Source: Myxococcales bacterium | GTDB lineage: Bacteria; Myxococcota; Myxococcia; Myxococcales; UBA5297 | DNA length: 64,000 bases | Assembly: GCA_049841135.1 (NCBI GenBank) | Contig: JASGHK010000008.1 | Location: 19,272-83,271 of the forward strand | Reading direction: 5' to 3' | Part shown: piece after piece, positions 38,290 to 49,078 of the stretch | Layout of the letters: every line of letters starts with the position of its first letter | Position numbering within the stretch: the stretch's first letter is position 1 | The notes under the pieces: model-generated | What the model was told of the DNA's origin: nothing | Databases searched by the model: none | What the model saw: the letters and a program-made list of their open reading frames with translations, nothing else | Program-made: the position numbers and the translations under genes

Positions 38290-38355
38290 TGGCGGCCGAA
38301 GAGCTTCGCCCAGGGTGGCCGAAGCCGACGAACGAACCCCCTCGGGGAGGGCCCG
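38290..38355. repeat. dispersed intergenic repeat copy (ggcggccgaagagcttcgcccagggtggccgaag...accccctc)
   Basis: About 80% identical to 58025-58095. Partial match to 19141-19228. Confidence 0.6.
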
Positions 38356-38472
38356 CCGCCGCTTGCCCTGCCCTTTCGATCTTCGCTGCCCATGACGAAG
38401 CGGCCCCCCGCTCCACGGAGGGAGCGGGGGGCCGCGAAGGTCAGGCGGGCCTCGGTGGACCCGCGAGCGGGC

Positions 38473-41400
38473 CTACTGCACCCGGATGGTGAAGGACCCG
38501 GTCAGGGTCGAGGAGTAGGAGTCCACGTAGAGGTAGTACGTGGTGCCCGCCGCGCCGTTGATGGTGAGCGTCTCGGCGCCGCTGTACGAGGCATCCGAAG
38601 CGTTGACGCAGGTCGAGCCGGTGCCGCCGCAGGTGGTGGTGGTGTACCAGACGGCCACGTCCCAGGAGGCCGGCGTCACCGTCACCGTGAAGTTGCCGGC
38701 GGCGGTCGGCGTGTAGCTGTAGACGACCTCCTTACCCGGCGCGTTGTAGTCGCCCATGCCCGCGTAGCACGTGCTCGACAGGCTCGAGCCGTAGTCCGCG
38801 ACCGCCAGCGCGGTGTCTCCGGACACCGTGGTGCCCAGCGTGAGCGGGATGGCGTTGGCGCCGTCGGTGCCGCAGGCGTCGTTGGCCGGCGGGTCCATGG
38901 TCACGAGATCCAGCTTGTACGCACCGGCGGAGCTCGAGTACCCGTCGACCCACACGTAGTAGGTGGTGTTGGCCGTCGGGGCGGTGAGCGTCACGGAGGC
39001 GATGGTGCCCGCCGCGTTGCTTGTGCCGGCGCTGGAGTTGTACGTGCAGGCGACCTGCGCGGCGGCGGCAGTGTCCGAGCAGGCCGAGCGCACGTAGACC
39101 AGCGGCTTGAGCGAGCCGGTGTTCGACGCGGTCAGGGTCACCTTCACCGGCTTCGGCGTCGCGCCGGAGTTGAAGGAGTAGACGACGTCCCCGCCCGTCG
39201 TGCTCGACGTGCAGCCGCTGGTGGGCAGCGTGGTGGCGTCGGCGCCCAGCGTGTTCCCCGTCACGGAGATGGGGCCGGCGGTGACGTCGCCCAGGTCCTG
39301 GGCGCTCGTGCACGCGTCGTTGGCCGGGGCGTCGACCGGGATCAGGTCCAGCTTGTAGCCACCGATCGCCGAGCTGTAGCCGTCCACCCACACGTAGTAC
39401 GGCGTGTTGGCGGTCATCCCGGTCACGGGGATGCCCACCGTCCCGCCTGCGGTGCTCGAGTAGTCGCAGGCGACCTGGGCGGTGGCGGTCTCGTCGGCGC
39501 AGGCCTTGCGGACATACACCAGCGGCTTGAAGTCCTGCGTGGTGCTGCTGAGCAGGACCTGCACGCCCTTCGGCGTCGCTCCGGAGTTGAAGGAGTAGAC
39601 GACGTCCGCGCCGGTGGTGCTCGAGGTGCAGCTGGTGGTCGGCAGCGTCGAGGCGTTGGCGAGGTAGGTGTACCCCGACGCCGTCAGCGGCCCGGCGCTC
39701 ACGTCGCCCAGGTCCTGGGCGGTGGCGCACACGTCGTTGGTGGGCGGCAGGATTGGCGCCCCCGTCTTCAGCTCCAGCGTGAACTTGCCGTAGCTGCTGG
39801 CCAGGCCGTCGACGACCACGAAGTACTGGCCGGCGGCGAGGTTGTAGGCGGTGGCGGCGACCGCCACCGTGCTGCTGCTCTTGGCGCACGCCTTCTCGTC
39901 CGCCGAAGCCGGACTGGCGCAGTTGCTGCGCAGGTAGACCGCCGGCTGCCAGCCCGTCGCCGACGCGTCTGGCGTCACCTTGGCCACCACGGAGGCCGCC
40001 GCGGAGAGGCTGAAGGTGTAGACCACGTCGCTGCCGGTCATGGTCACGCCGGTGCCGCCGCAGGTGCCGCTGTAGTCGTCGAAGGCGGCCGAGGTGTCCC
40101 CAATCACCGTGGCCTGTCCCGAGCCGGCGGTCAGCGCCGCGGTCAGGTCGTGGACACCGCCGGAGGTGACCGCCGAGCAGAGGTCGTTGGCGGGCGGAGC
40201 CGGGGGATCGGCCAGGGTCACGGTGAGGGTGAACGGCCCCTTGGAGGTGCTGTACCCGTCGGCCCAGAGGTAGTAGGTGCCCGCGGGGAGGCGCCGGTAG
40301 CTGAAGGCCGCGGGGGTTGCCCCGCTGCTCTCCTTGCAGGCCAGCTCGTCGGCGGCGGCGACGGTGGTGCACTGGCCCTTGCGCAGGTAGACCACCGCGG
40401 TGTTGGTGGTGGTGGCGAAGGCCATGCTCACCTGCAGGTCCTTCACGGCGCTGGTCGTCAGCTCGTAGACGAGGTCGTTGCCCAGGCCGGTCCCGCAGCT
40501 GCCGACGCTGCCGCCGTTGGTCTTGGCGCTGGTGGTGTCGCCGTTGAGGACCACCGTGCCGTTGCCGGCGGCGTCAAACCCGGCGATGGCGCTGGGGTTG
40601 CTGCAGTCCTCGTTGGTGATCGTCCCCACCGCGGCGCCGGTGACCTCCAGCTTGAAGGCGCCGGTGGTGCCGCCGGTGCCGTCGACCAGCACGAAGTAGG
40701 TGCCGGCCGGCAGGTACTCGGCGGTGGCGGTGACCGCGGTCCCGGCGGTGGTGGTGGAGGCGCAGGCGCGCTCGCCGTTGCCGGTGCCCGGGCAGCTGGC
40801 GCGGATGTAGACGCCGGGGGCCAGGGTGGTCGGCGCCACCGGGGTCACCTTGGCGGTCACCTTCTGCGGCGCGGCCAGGGTGAAGGAGTAGACGAGGTCC
40901 GCCCCGGTCATCGCCGCGCAGGCGCCGGTGAGGTCGTCGGTGGCGTACCAGGTCTCGGCCTCGGCGGTGGCGGTGGTGCCGTCGACCGCGCCCAGGTCGA
41001 AGGTCCCGGAGGCGCCGGCGCAGACGTCGTTGGCCGGAGCCGCCGGGCTGTCGGTGACGGTCACCTCCAGCGCCACCGGCCCCCGGTCCGTGCTGGAGAA
41101 GGCGTCGACGTAGACGTAGTAGCGGCCGGCGGGCTGCTTGCGCGCGGTGGCCGTGGCGGTGGTGAGGCCCGTGCCGGCCAGGGCGCAGGCCACCTCGTTG
41201 GCGTTGTCCGTCACTCCGCTGTTGCAGGCCTTGCGGATGTAGACGTTGGGGCGCCAGGTGCCGCTGGCCAGGGTGACCTTGGCCGCGAGGTCCTTGTAGC
41301 CGCCGGCCGGCAGGTCCACGGCGTAGACCAGAATCCGGACCCGAGGAGGTGTTGCAGGAGCCGTTGGTGTCGCCGACGGCCAAGGCGGTGTCGGCGTTGA

Positions 41401-44400
41401 CCGTCACCGTCCCGTTGCCGTCGGGGCCGAAGCCGGTGAGGGCCTTGGCCATGGCGCAGGTCTCGGGCAGCGTGTCCTGCGCGCTCAGATCGAGCTTGAA
41501 GGCGCCGGAGGTGGCGGCGTTGCCGTCCACCACGAGGAAGTAGGTGCCGGCAGGCAGGGCCGCGGCGATGGCCGTGGCGGTGCTCGGGGTGCCCGAGCCG
41601 CTGGCGCAGGCGCGCTCCTCGGCGGCCAGGCCCGGGCAGGCGCCGCGCAGGTAGACGTTGGGCACCAGGGTGGAGCCGGTGTCGGCCGCCACCTTGGCCA
41701 CCACGAGCTGGGTCTTGGTGGTGGTGAACTGGAAGACCACGTCACCGCCGGTGCCGGTGCCGCAGCTGCCCACGGAGTCGCTGGCCGCGCCGACCGTGGT
41801 CGCCGAGACCGTCGGAACGGCCACGCCGTCCACGGTGCCCAGGTCCACGGCCGCGGTGCACTGGTCGTTGGCCGGCACGGGCGGCAGGGCCGCCGAGTCG
41901 GTCACCGTGACCACGAGGCTGAAGGGACCGGAGTGCGAGGTGCTGTAGCCGTCGACCCAGATGAAGTAGCGGCCGGCGGGCAGCCGGGTCGCCGCGGCCG
42001 TGACGTTGTAGACGCCCGTGCCGGCAACCGCGCAGGCCAGCTGGTCCGCCGCCGCCGCCGAGGCGCAGCTCTTGCGGATGTAGACGTTGGGCCGGTAGCT
42101 GCCGGTGAAGGTCATCTTCGCGGAGACGTCCTTGGTCTTGCCCGCCGGAACGTCCAGCGCGTAGACGAGGTCGTAGCCCGAGGCGGAATTGCAGGTGCCG
42201 TCGCCCGAGCCGGTGGCGGTCGCGGTGGTGTCGTTGACGGTCACCGCGCCATTGCCCTCGGCGTCGAAGCCGGTCAGCGCCAGCGGCGAGGCGCAGTCGT
42301 CGCCCGTGCGGCCCACGGCCGAGCCGGTGACGGTGAGGCTGAACTTGCCCGCGGTCTTGGAGCGGCCGTCGACGATCACGTAGTAGGTCCCGGCCGGGAG
42401 CGTCTGCAGGGTGGCCGTCGCCGCGCCGCCGCCCGTGGTGGCCGTGGCGCAGCCGAGGTCCTCGGCGGTGGTGCCGGGGCAGGCGGTCCGGACGTACACC
42501 GAGGGGTAGTACGTCGTCTGGCCGCTGTCCGGGGTGACCTTGGCCACCACCTTCTGCGCGCTGTTGAGGGTGAAGGTGTAGACCAGGTCGCCGCCGTCGT
42601 GCGGGTAGGTCGCCGTGGCGCAGCCGCCCGCGGTGTCGTTGAGGGCGTTGGTCGTGTCCTGAGCAGCCTGGGTCAGCGTCACGCCGTCGGCGATGCCCAG
42701 GTCGATGGCGCCGGCGCACGCGTCGTTCGCGGGCGGCGGGACGATCACCGTGTCGGCCAGCGTGACCGTGAGCGTGAAGGCCCCCTTGTGCGAGGTGCTG
42801 TACGAGTCGGCGTACACGTAGTAGCGGCCCGCCGGCAGCTTCTTGGGCGAGACGGTGATGGTGTTGACGCCGGAGGCCGCAGAGCCGCAGCCGACCTCGT
42901 TGGCCGAGTCGGTCACGACCGCCGTGCAGGCCTTGCGGACGTACAGGACGGGCCGGTTGGTGGTGGAGGTGAAGGCCATCACCGCCGTGACGTCCTTGGT
43001 CATCCCCGCCGGGACGTCGAAGGAGTAGACGAGGTCGGGGCCGGTGGCGCTCTCGCACGAGCCGTCGGTCTCGGTGGTGTTGCTGGTGGTGTCGCCGTTG
43101 GCGGTGGCGGTGCCGTTGCCGCTGGCGTCGAAGCCGGTCAGGGGAAGGGCTGCCATGCAGGTCTCGCCCGCGGTGAGCGTGACGGCGGTCAGGTCGAGCT
43201 TGAAGGCGCCGGCGGTGCCGGCGAAGCCGTCGACCACGGCGTAGTAGGTCCCGGCCGGCAGGACCGCCGAGGTGGTGGCGGTGCCGCCGACGGCGGTGGC
43301 GGCCTTGCAGGAGGCCTCATCGGCGGCGAGCGGGCTGGCGCACGCCTTTCGCAGGTAGACCACCGGGCGGAAGGTCGAAGTGGTGGTGCTCAGCGCCGCG
43401 GTGACGGTGGCCGGCGCGGTGAGGGTGAAGGCGTAGACGAAGTCGGGGCTCGAGTCGCCGCCGCAGCTGCCGACCGAGTCGTTGGCCGCGCCGACGAGCG
43501 TGCCGCTGACGCTGGCCGCACCGGCGGTGAAGGCCAGCTCGAGCGCGGGCGAGCAGGTGTCGGCATTGCCGCAGGCGCTGCCGGCGCCGCACACGCCGCT
43601 CTTGCAGTCGCTGGCGGCCAGGCACTCGACGCAGGCCTGGGACGGGTTGCACAGGTGCTTGGCCCCGGCCGTGCAGTCGGCGTCCGCCAGGCACTCCACG
43701 CAGGTCTGGGCGGTGTTGCACTTGGGCGCCCCGGCGGCGGTGCAGTGGGCGTCGGTGACGCAGTTCACGCAGCCGTGGGCGGCCACGTCGCAGACCGGCT
43801 TGCCGGCGACGGTGGCGCAGCCGCTGTCGGAATCGCAGCCGCTCTTGCAGGTCGACACCACCGTGTCGCAGTACTCGAGCGCGCCGCAGTCGGCGGTCGC
43901 CAGACACTGGACGCAGCTCTTGCTGGGGTTGTCGCAGCGGGTGAGCCCGGGCGTCGTGCAGTCGGTGTCGGCGAGGCAGCCCACGCAGGTGTGGACCGGC
44001 ACTTCGCACACCGGCAGGGCGGCGGTGCAGCCGGCGTTGTCGTCGCAGCCGGCGTGGCAGGTCTTGGCCGCCGTGTCGCACCAGCTGTCCGCGGCGCAGT
44101 CGGCGGTGCTCAGGCAGGCGACGCAGGCCTTGGCCGCGGTGTCGCACTTCTTGTCGGCGCCGGTGCAGTCGAGGTCGGCGAGGCAGCCCACGCAGGTGTG
44201 GGTCGGGATCTCGCAGACGGGCTTGCCGGTCACCGTGGCGCAGCCGGCGTTGGCGTCGCAGCCCGGCTGGCAGGCCTTGGCCGCCGTGTCACACCAGTTG
44301 CCCGCGCCGCAGTCGGAGGTGGCCAGGCACCCCACGCAGCTGTTGGTGGCCGAGTCGCACTTCTTCGCCGTCCCGGTGCACTGCGTGTCGTTGAGGCAGG

Positions 44401-45436
44401 CGACGCAGGCGTGGGCCGCGACGTCGCACACCGGCTTGCCGCTCACGCCGGCGCAGTCGGCGCTCTCGCCGCACCCGGGCTGGCAGAGGTGGACCGCGGT
44501 GTCGCAGTAGTGGCCCGCGGCGCAGTCGGCGGTGGCCAGGCACGCCACGCAGACCTTGTTGGCGGGGTCGCACTTCTTGTCGGCGCCGGTGCAGTTGGCG
44601 TCGGACAGGCAGGTGACGCAGGTGCCGGCGGCGGTGTCGCACAGCGGCTTGCCCGCCACGTTGGCGCAGTCGGCGTCGCCGGCGCAGCCCGCCTTGCAGC
44701 GGTGGTCGGTGCTGTCGCAGTAGGCGCCCTGGCCGCAGTCGGCCTTGGCCAGGCACTCGACGCAGACCTTGGCGGCCGCGTTGCACTTGGGCGTCGTCCC
44801 GCCGCAGTCGCCGTCGGCGAGGCAGGCCACGCAGGCGTGGGCCGCGGTGTCACAGACCGGCTTGCCGGCGACACCGGCACAGTCGTCGCTCTCGTTGCAG
44901 CCCGGCTTGCACGCCCTGGCGTCGCAGTAGTTGCCCGCGGCGCAGTCGCTGGTCGCAAGGCACGCCACGCAGGCCTTGGCGTCGGGGTCGCAGCGCTTGG
45001 TGTCGCCGGTGCAGTCGCCGTCGAGCAGGCAGCCCACGCAGGTGTTGGTGGTGGTGTCGCACAGCGGCTTGCCGGTGACCGTGGCGCAGCCGGCGTTGTC
45101 CTGGCAGCCCGCCTTGCAGTGGAAGCTCGAGTCGCAGAAGGTGCCGTCGCCGCAGGTGGCGCACGGGGTTCCGCACCCGTTGTCGCCGCACTCCTTGCCG
45201 AAGCACTGGGGAACGCAGGTGTCGGTGCAGGTGTTGTTGGTGGTGTCGCAGGTCTGGTTGGCGCCGCAGCACGTCGTGCCGCAGGGCTTGGCGCAGCCGG
45301 CGTCGGGTTTCACCGCGGCGTCGGGTTTCACCGAAGCGTCCTGCGCGACGTTGGCGTCGGGGGTGAGTTCGATCTCTTCGGGACAACCAGCGAGGAGCAA
45401 GGCGGCCAGGAGGCCGATGCGAGTCAGCAGTTTCAT
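38473..45436 (-). CDS. giant (about 2,320 aa) cell-surface lipoprotein: about 12 Cys-rich 45-aa repeats followed by about 14 repeated beta-sandwich (PPC-like) domains; apparent +1 frameshift near 41331
   Basis: GGAGG RBS. MKLLTRIGLLAALLLAGC lipobox at 45436. Repeats of ...CD.A...CV.CL...DC......CD......C..GC. The repeated module is roughly 145 aa. After ...NTSSGPD the frame shifts and continues LVYAVDLPAGGYKDL. An extra T in gatt explains the shift. Confidence 0.75.
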
Positions 45437-45960
45437 TCGTCCCCTCCAGAGGGAGACAGGTTTTAGGTTCGCGCCAGCATACGGCACTGTCGTTCCAGCA
45501 CAAACCCCAGCCGCGAACATCGGCCTGCGAGACCGGATCGGCGGCGTGGACGGGCGCCCCGAGTGGATCCCCGGCGAAGGGCTGGAAGTGGAGCTCACCT
45601 ATACGGTGACGGTCCGCCCGCGACCGCCATCACGACCCGAATGGGGAAGCAGAACGGGCGTTGCGCCCGCGAGCCGGTGGTGGTCTCACCGGCCGCCGGT
45701 ACCGCTCGCGCAACGCGGCGAAGCCGGCCCCTACGGATGAGCGTGGATGCGTTCAGCCGCACGGTTGGCCGTCGCCGCGATGGGCAGCAGCGGGTTGACG
45801 CTGTGCTGCCGTCGACGATGACTAGCCAGCCAAAGCGCCACCGACGGCATGGCGCCCATGGCCTACGGCAAACCGTCCGCCTGGGCGACCACGACGTGAA
45901 CCTCACCGCGCTCGTCCTTAAGAGCCGCTCGAAGCCGAAGCTCGCGGGCGTGGCATCGGC

Positions 45961-46300
45961 ACCCCGTCCACCATGTCCACTCCGTCCACCCGGTCCACTC
46001 CGTCCGCCCACGTGCTCTTACTCGGCCCCATTCGTGGCGTGCGTGGCGTGCGTGGCGTGCGTGGCGTGCGTGGCGGTGCGTGGCGGTGCGTGGCGTGCGT
46101 GGCGTGCGTGGCGTTGCGGTGCGGGCGGTGCGCGCGCGCGCGCGGGCGCGCGGCAGTCGCGGCAGTCGCGGCAGTCGCGAAAGGAATGTCGGCCCCAGAC
46201 GCTAGAGTGCCCGACAGTGGTGGACGGTGTGGACGGTGTGGACGGTGTGGACGGTGTCGACGGTGTGGACCTTTGACGGGGTCCCCGAGGGGATCCCACG
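45961..46300. repeat. cluster of 9-bp-period microsatellites: (tccac[tc]c[cg]g)x4, (gtggcgtgc)x9, (gc)n, (gcggcagtc)x3, (gtggacggt)x6
   Basis: Direct reading of 45971-46010, 46034-46115, 46126-46150, 46151-46178 and 46217-46270. The first and last blocks are roughly inverted relative to each other. Confidence 0.75.
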
Positions 46301-46309
46301 GGAGGGGAC

Positions 46310-46921
46310 ATGGACGAGCTGATTCAGAAGAGTGGTGGTTTCCGCAAGTTGGTAAGTTTTCGGGTGGCGGTGCTGACGTACGACGTGACGCTTCGCTTCT
46401 GCGACCAGTTCATTCGCAGGGGCAGCCGCACCCACGACCAGATGGTCCAAGCGGCACGCAGCGGCGCACAGAACATCGCCGAGGGCAGCCTGGCCTCGGC
46501 CACCTCCAAGAAGACCGAGCTCAAGCTCACCGGCGTCGCACGCGCGAGCCTGGGCGAGCTCATCCGCGACTACGAAGACTTCCTGCGGCAGAACCGCCTC
46601 TCGCTCTGGGTCGGCGAGGACGGCAGACGCCAAGGACTCCTCGACCGGCGCTTCAAGACCGTCGACCAGGTCGAGCGCTGGGCGACCGAGTTCGCCGCCA
46701 TCTCCACGCCGTCCACCCAGTCCACTCCGTCGACTCCGTCCAGCCAACCGAGCTCACTCCCCGAATGCTGGGCGAATGCAGGCCACGCGCTCTCCTGCGT
46801 CGCCTTCGGCCTACTGAGCCGCCAGCTCAAGTCGCTGGCCAGGGCCTTCCAGGAGAACGGCGGTTTCACCGAGCGCCTCTACCGCACGCGCAAGCAACAG
46901 CAACAGTCCTGGCGCAGCTGA
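46310..46921 (+). CDS. four-helix-bundle protein (TIGR02436 family) with internal STPSTQSTPSTPSS repeat
   Basis: FRKLVSFRVAVLTYDVTLRF...AQNIAEGSLASATSKKTELKLTGVARASLGEL pattern. The gene is about 55-60% GC, lower than its flanks. It contains tccacgccgtccacccagtccactccgtcgactccgtcc at about 46700-46745, related to the upstream satellite. Confidence 0.6.
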   Translation: MDELIQKSGGFRKLVSFRVAVLTYDVTLRFCDQFIRRGSRTHDQMVQAARSGAQNIAEGSLASATSKKTELKLTGVARASLGELIRDYEDFLRQNRLSLWVGEDGRRQGLLDRRFKTVDQVERWATEFAAISTPSTQSTPSTPSSQPSSLPECWANAGHALSCVAFGLLSRQLKSLARAFQENGGFTERLYRTRKQQQQSWRS

Positions 46922-46992
46922 AGCGCAGGGCGCAAGGAGGGTGGCCAGGCCCGCGACGCAGGCGAGCCTGGCAGCGCTCGGGCGCGGCACGC

Positions 46993-48882
46993 CTACAGGT
47001 GGTCGTGAATCCGCTCCGCCGCGCGGTTGGCCATCGCCATGATGGTCAGCTGCGGGTTGACGCCCAACGCGCTCGGCACGGTGCTGCCGTCGACGATGAA
47101 CAGCCTCCGGACGTCGTGCGCCTGGTGGTCCAGTCCGACCACGCTCTTCTTCGGGTCGCGGCCCATCTTGCAGGTGCCCAGCGGGTGGTAGCTGACGAGC
47201 GAGAGGTCCGCCGCGGCCGGGACGTTCTTGCGGTACTGGTCCAGGTCGGCGAGCTCGACCACCGGCGTGGAGTTGCGCGTGGGGAAGAAGCGGCGGGCGC
47301 CGGCGGCGCGCAGCATCTCCATGCAGCGCAGCATGCCGGTGTGGAGCTGCTCGCAGTCCTTGCGGGTGAACCAGTAGGTGATGACCGGCTTGCCGCCGAC
47401 CTCGCGCCACACCCGCCCGTTGGCGGTGGCGTCGTGCTCGAGCACCGCCACCGAGGCGATCTTCGGCAAGAGCTCCAGGGTCTGCATCAGGCTGCGCCCG
47501 GCCACCGGGAACAGCTCGGCGGCCACGTTCACGTCCGGCTGCGAGGCGACGATCATGATGCCGTCGCGCTGGAACTGGTCGCAGGCGTAGCCCTGCGGGA
47601 TGTAGTGGAAGCCCTTGATCTCCTCGTCGAAGAGCCCGGAGACGCCGGTCGACGGGTGCAGGGTGAGGTTCCTGCCCACCTGGCCGCTGCGGTTGCACAG
47701 GTCCTGCTGCAGCAGGAGCAGCGGGGTCGGCACCGCGCCGCCGGCGAGCACCACCACCCGCGCGCGCACCTTGAGCCGCACGCCGCCCGCCGTCGCCGCC
47801 TCCACCCCCACCGCCCGGCCGTTCTCCACGAGCACCTTGTCGACGCTCGCCCCGGTGAAGAGCTGCGCGCCCGAGTTGAGCGCCGCGGGGATGTAGCTGA
47901 GGTTCATGCTGCGCCGCGCGTCGGAGGGGCAGCCGAAGTCGCAGAAGCTCGACCCGGTGCACCCCTCGACGTTGCGGCGGATGGCGAAGTGGTGCCAGCC
48001 CAGGGCGTCGCAGCCGCGGGCCATCACGTTGCGGATGGGCCCCACCTCGGGCTGGTCCGCCGGCGCCACGCCGATGTTCCCCTCCACCTTCTGGAAGTGG
48101 GGCTCCATCGCCAGCTCGCTGAACTCGTCGGTGCCCAGGCTCTCGCACCAGCGGTCGAGGATCCACGACGGGGTGCGGAAGCAGGTGGCGCCGTTGACCG
48201 CGGTCGAGCCGCCCACCAGCTGGCCGATGTAGATGGGCATCACCGCGTTCCCGACGGACGCGGCGCCCCGGTAGAAGTTCTGGTGGGCGTGGATGGCGCT
48301 GCCGGTGAACGAGTCGCGCCGGTAGTGCTCGCCCTTCTCCAGGAAGACCACCGCGTGCCCGCGCTCCGCCAGCTCGCGGCCGACGATCGCTCCGCCGGCG
48401 CCGGTGCCCACCACCACCACGTCGCACTCGACCTCGCCCTCGGTCCACTCCGCCGCCTTGTGGATCTGCTCGAGCCAGCGGGGCTGCTCCAGCGCCTTGG
48501 GCGTCTCGCGCACCCGGGCGCCCATGCAGCGCTGCACCTCCGGGTCGTCGAAGTGCACCAGCTTGTAGACGACGGAGGGCAGGGTCAGCGGCAGGCGCAT
48601 CGCGCCCGACAGCCAGGAGCGCACGAGGTTCTCGCGCTCGAGGTCGGAGAGGTCCTGGAGCCGCTTGCCGGTGCGCGGCAGCGCCGCCAGGTCCAGCACA
48701 CGCTGCAGCAGGCCCCAGGGCTTGACCAGCAGCGGCGAGAACTCGGCCACCACCTCTTCGGCGCGCGTGACGTCGGCGGGCCCGGCGGCGGGGATGCGCG
48801 CCGTACCGGGGATGAGGGCCTGCGCCAGGGCGGCGGCGGCCTTGCGTTCGGAGGCAGTCAGGGAGGGCTGGGATGACTTCAT
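46993..48882 (-). CDS. GMC-family FAD oxidoreductase
   Basis: VVVVGTGAGGAIVGRELAERG FAD fold. GMC C-terminal motifs including HPLGTCKMG. The start is 48882 (MKSS...) or 48954. Confidence 0.8.
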   Translation of the reverse strand: MKSSQPSLTASERKAAAALAQALIPGTARIPAAGPADVTRAEEVVAEFSPLLVKPWGLLQRVLDLAALPRTGKRLQDLSDLERENLVRSWLSGAMRLPLTLPSVVYKLVHFDDPEVQRCMGARVRETPKALEQPRWLEQIHKAAEWTEGEVECDVVVVGTGAGGAIVGRELAERGHAVVFLEKGEHYRRDSFTGSAIHAHQNFYRGAASVGNAVMPIYIGQLVGGSTAVNGATCFRTPSWILDRWCESLGTDEFSELAMEPHFQKVEGNIGVAPADQPEVGPIRNVMARGCDALGWHHFAIRRNVEGCTGSSFCDFGCPSDARRSMNLSYIPAALNSGAQLFTGASVDKVLVENGRAVGVEAATAGGVRLKVRARVVVLAGGAVPTPLLLLQQDLCNRSGQVGRNLTLHPSTGVSGLFDEEIKGFHYIPQGYACDQFQRDGIMIVASQPDVNVAAELFPVAGRSLMQTLELLPKIASVAVLEHDATANGRVWREVGGKPVITYWFTRKDCEQLHTGMLRCMEMLRAAGARRFFPTRNSTPVVELADLDQYRKNVPAAADLSLVSYHPLGTCKMGRDPKKSVVGLDHQAHDVRRLFIVDGSTVPSALGVNPQLTIMAMANRAAERIHDHL

Positions 48883-49078
48883 TTGGGGGGTGCTCACTCT
48901 CGAACAATCCAGGCTGCGCGGCACCATAAGAGAGGGCCTTGGGGAATTCAACAAAGTGCTTCCGTCCCGCCCCGGGCGCGACTATCGTTCGCCCCTTCGT
49001 TTTGCCGGCCTCGTGCCGGCCTTGGATCGCCGGCCGCGTGCCGGCAGCGCTGCTCCCAGCACCGACGAGGTCGTTCGC

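Noticed and set aside
45563-46276. 237-aa plus-strand ORF with CVACVACVACVA / GVDGVDGVDGVDGV
   Set aside because: It is merely the translation of the 9-bp microsatellite blocks. No start context and no protein-like composition outside the repeats.
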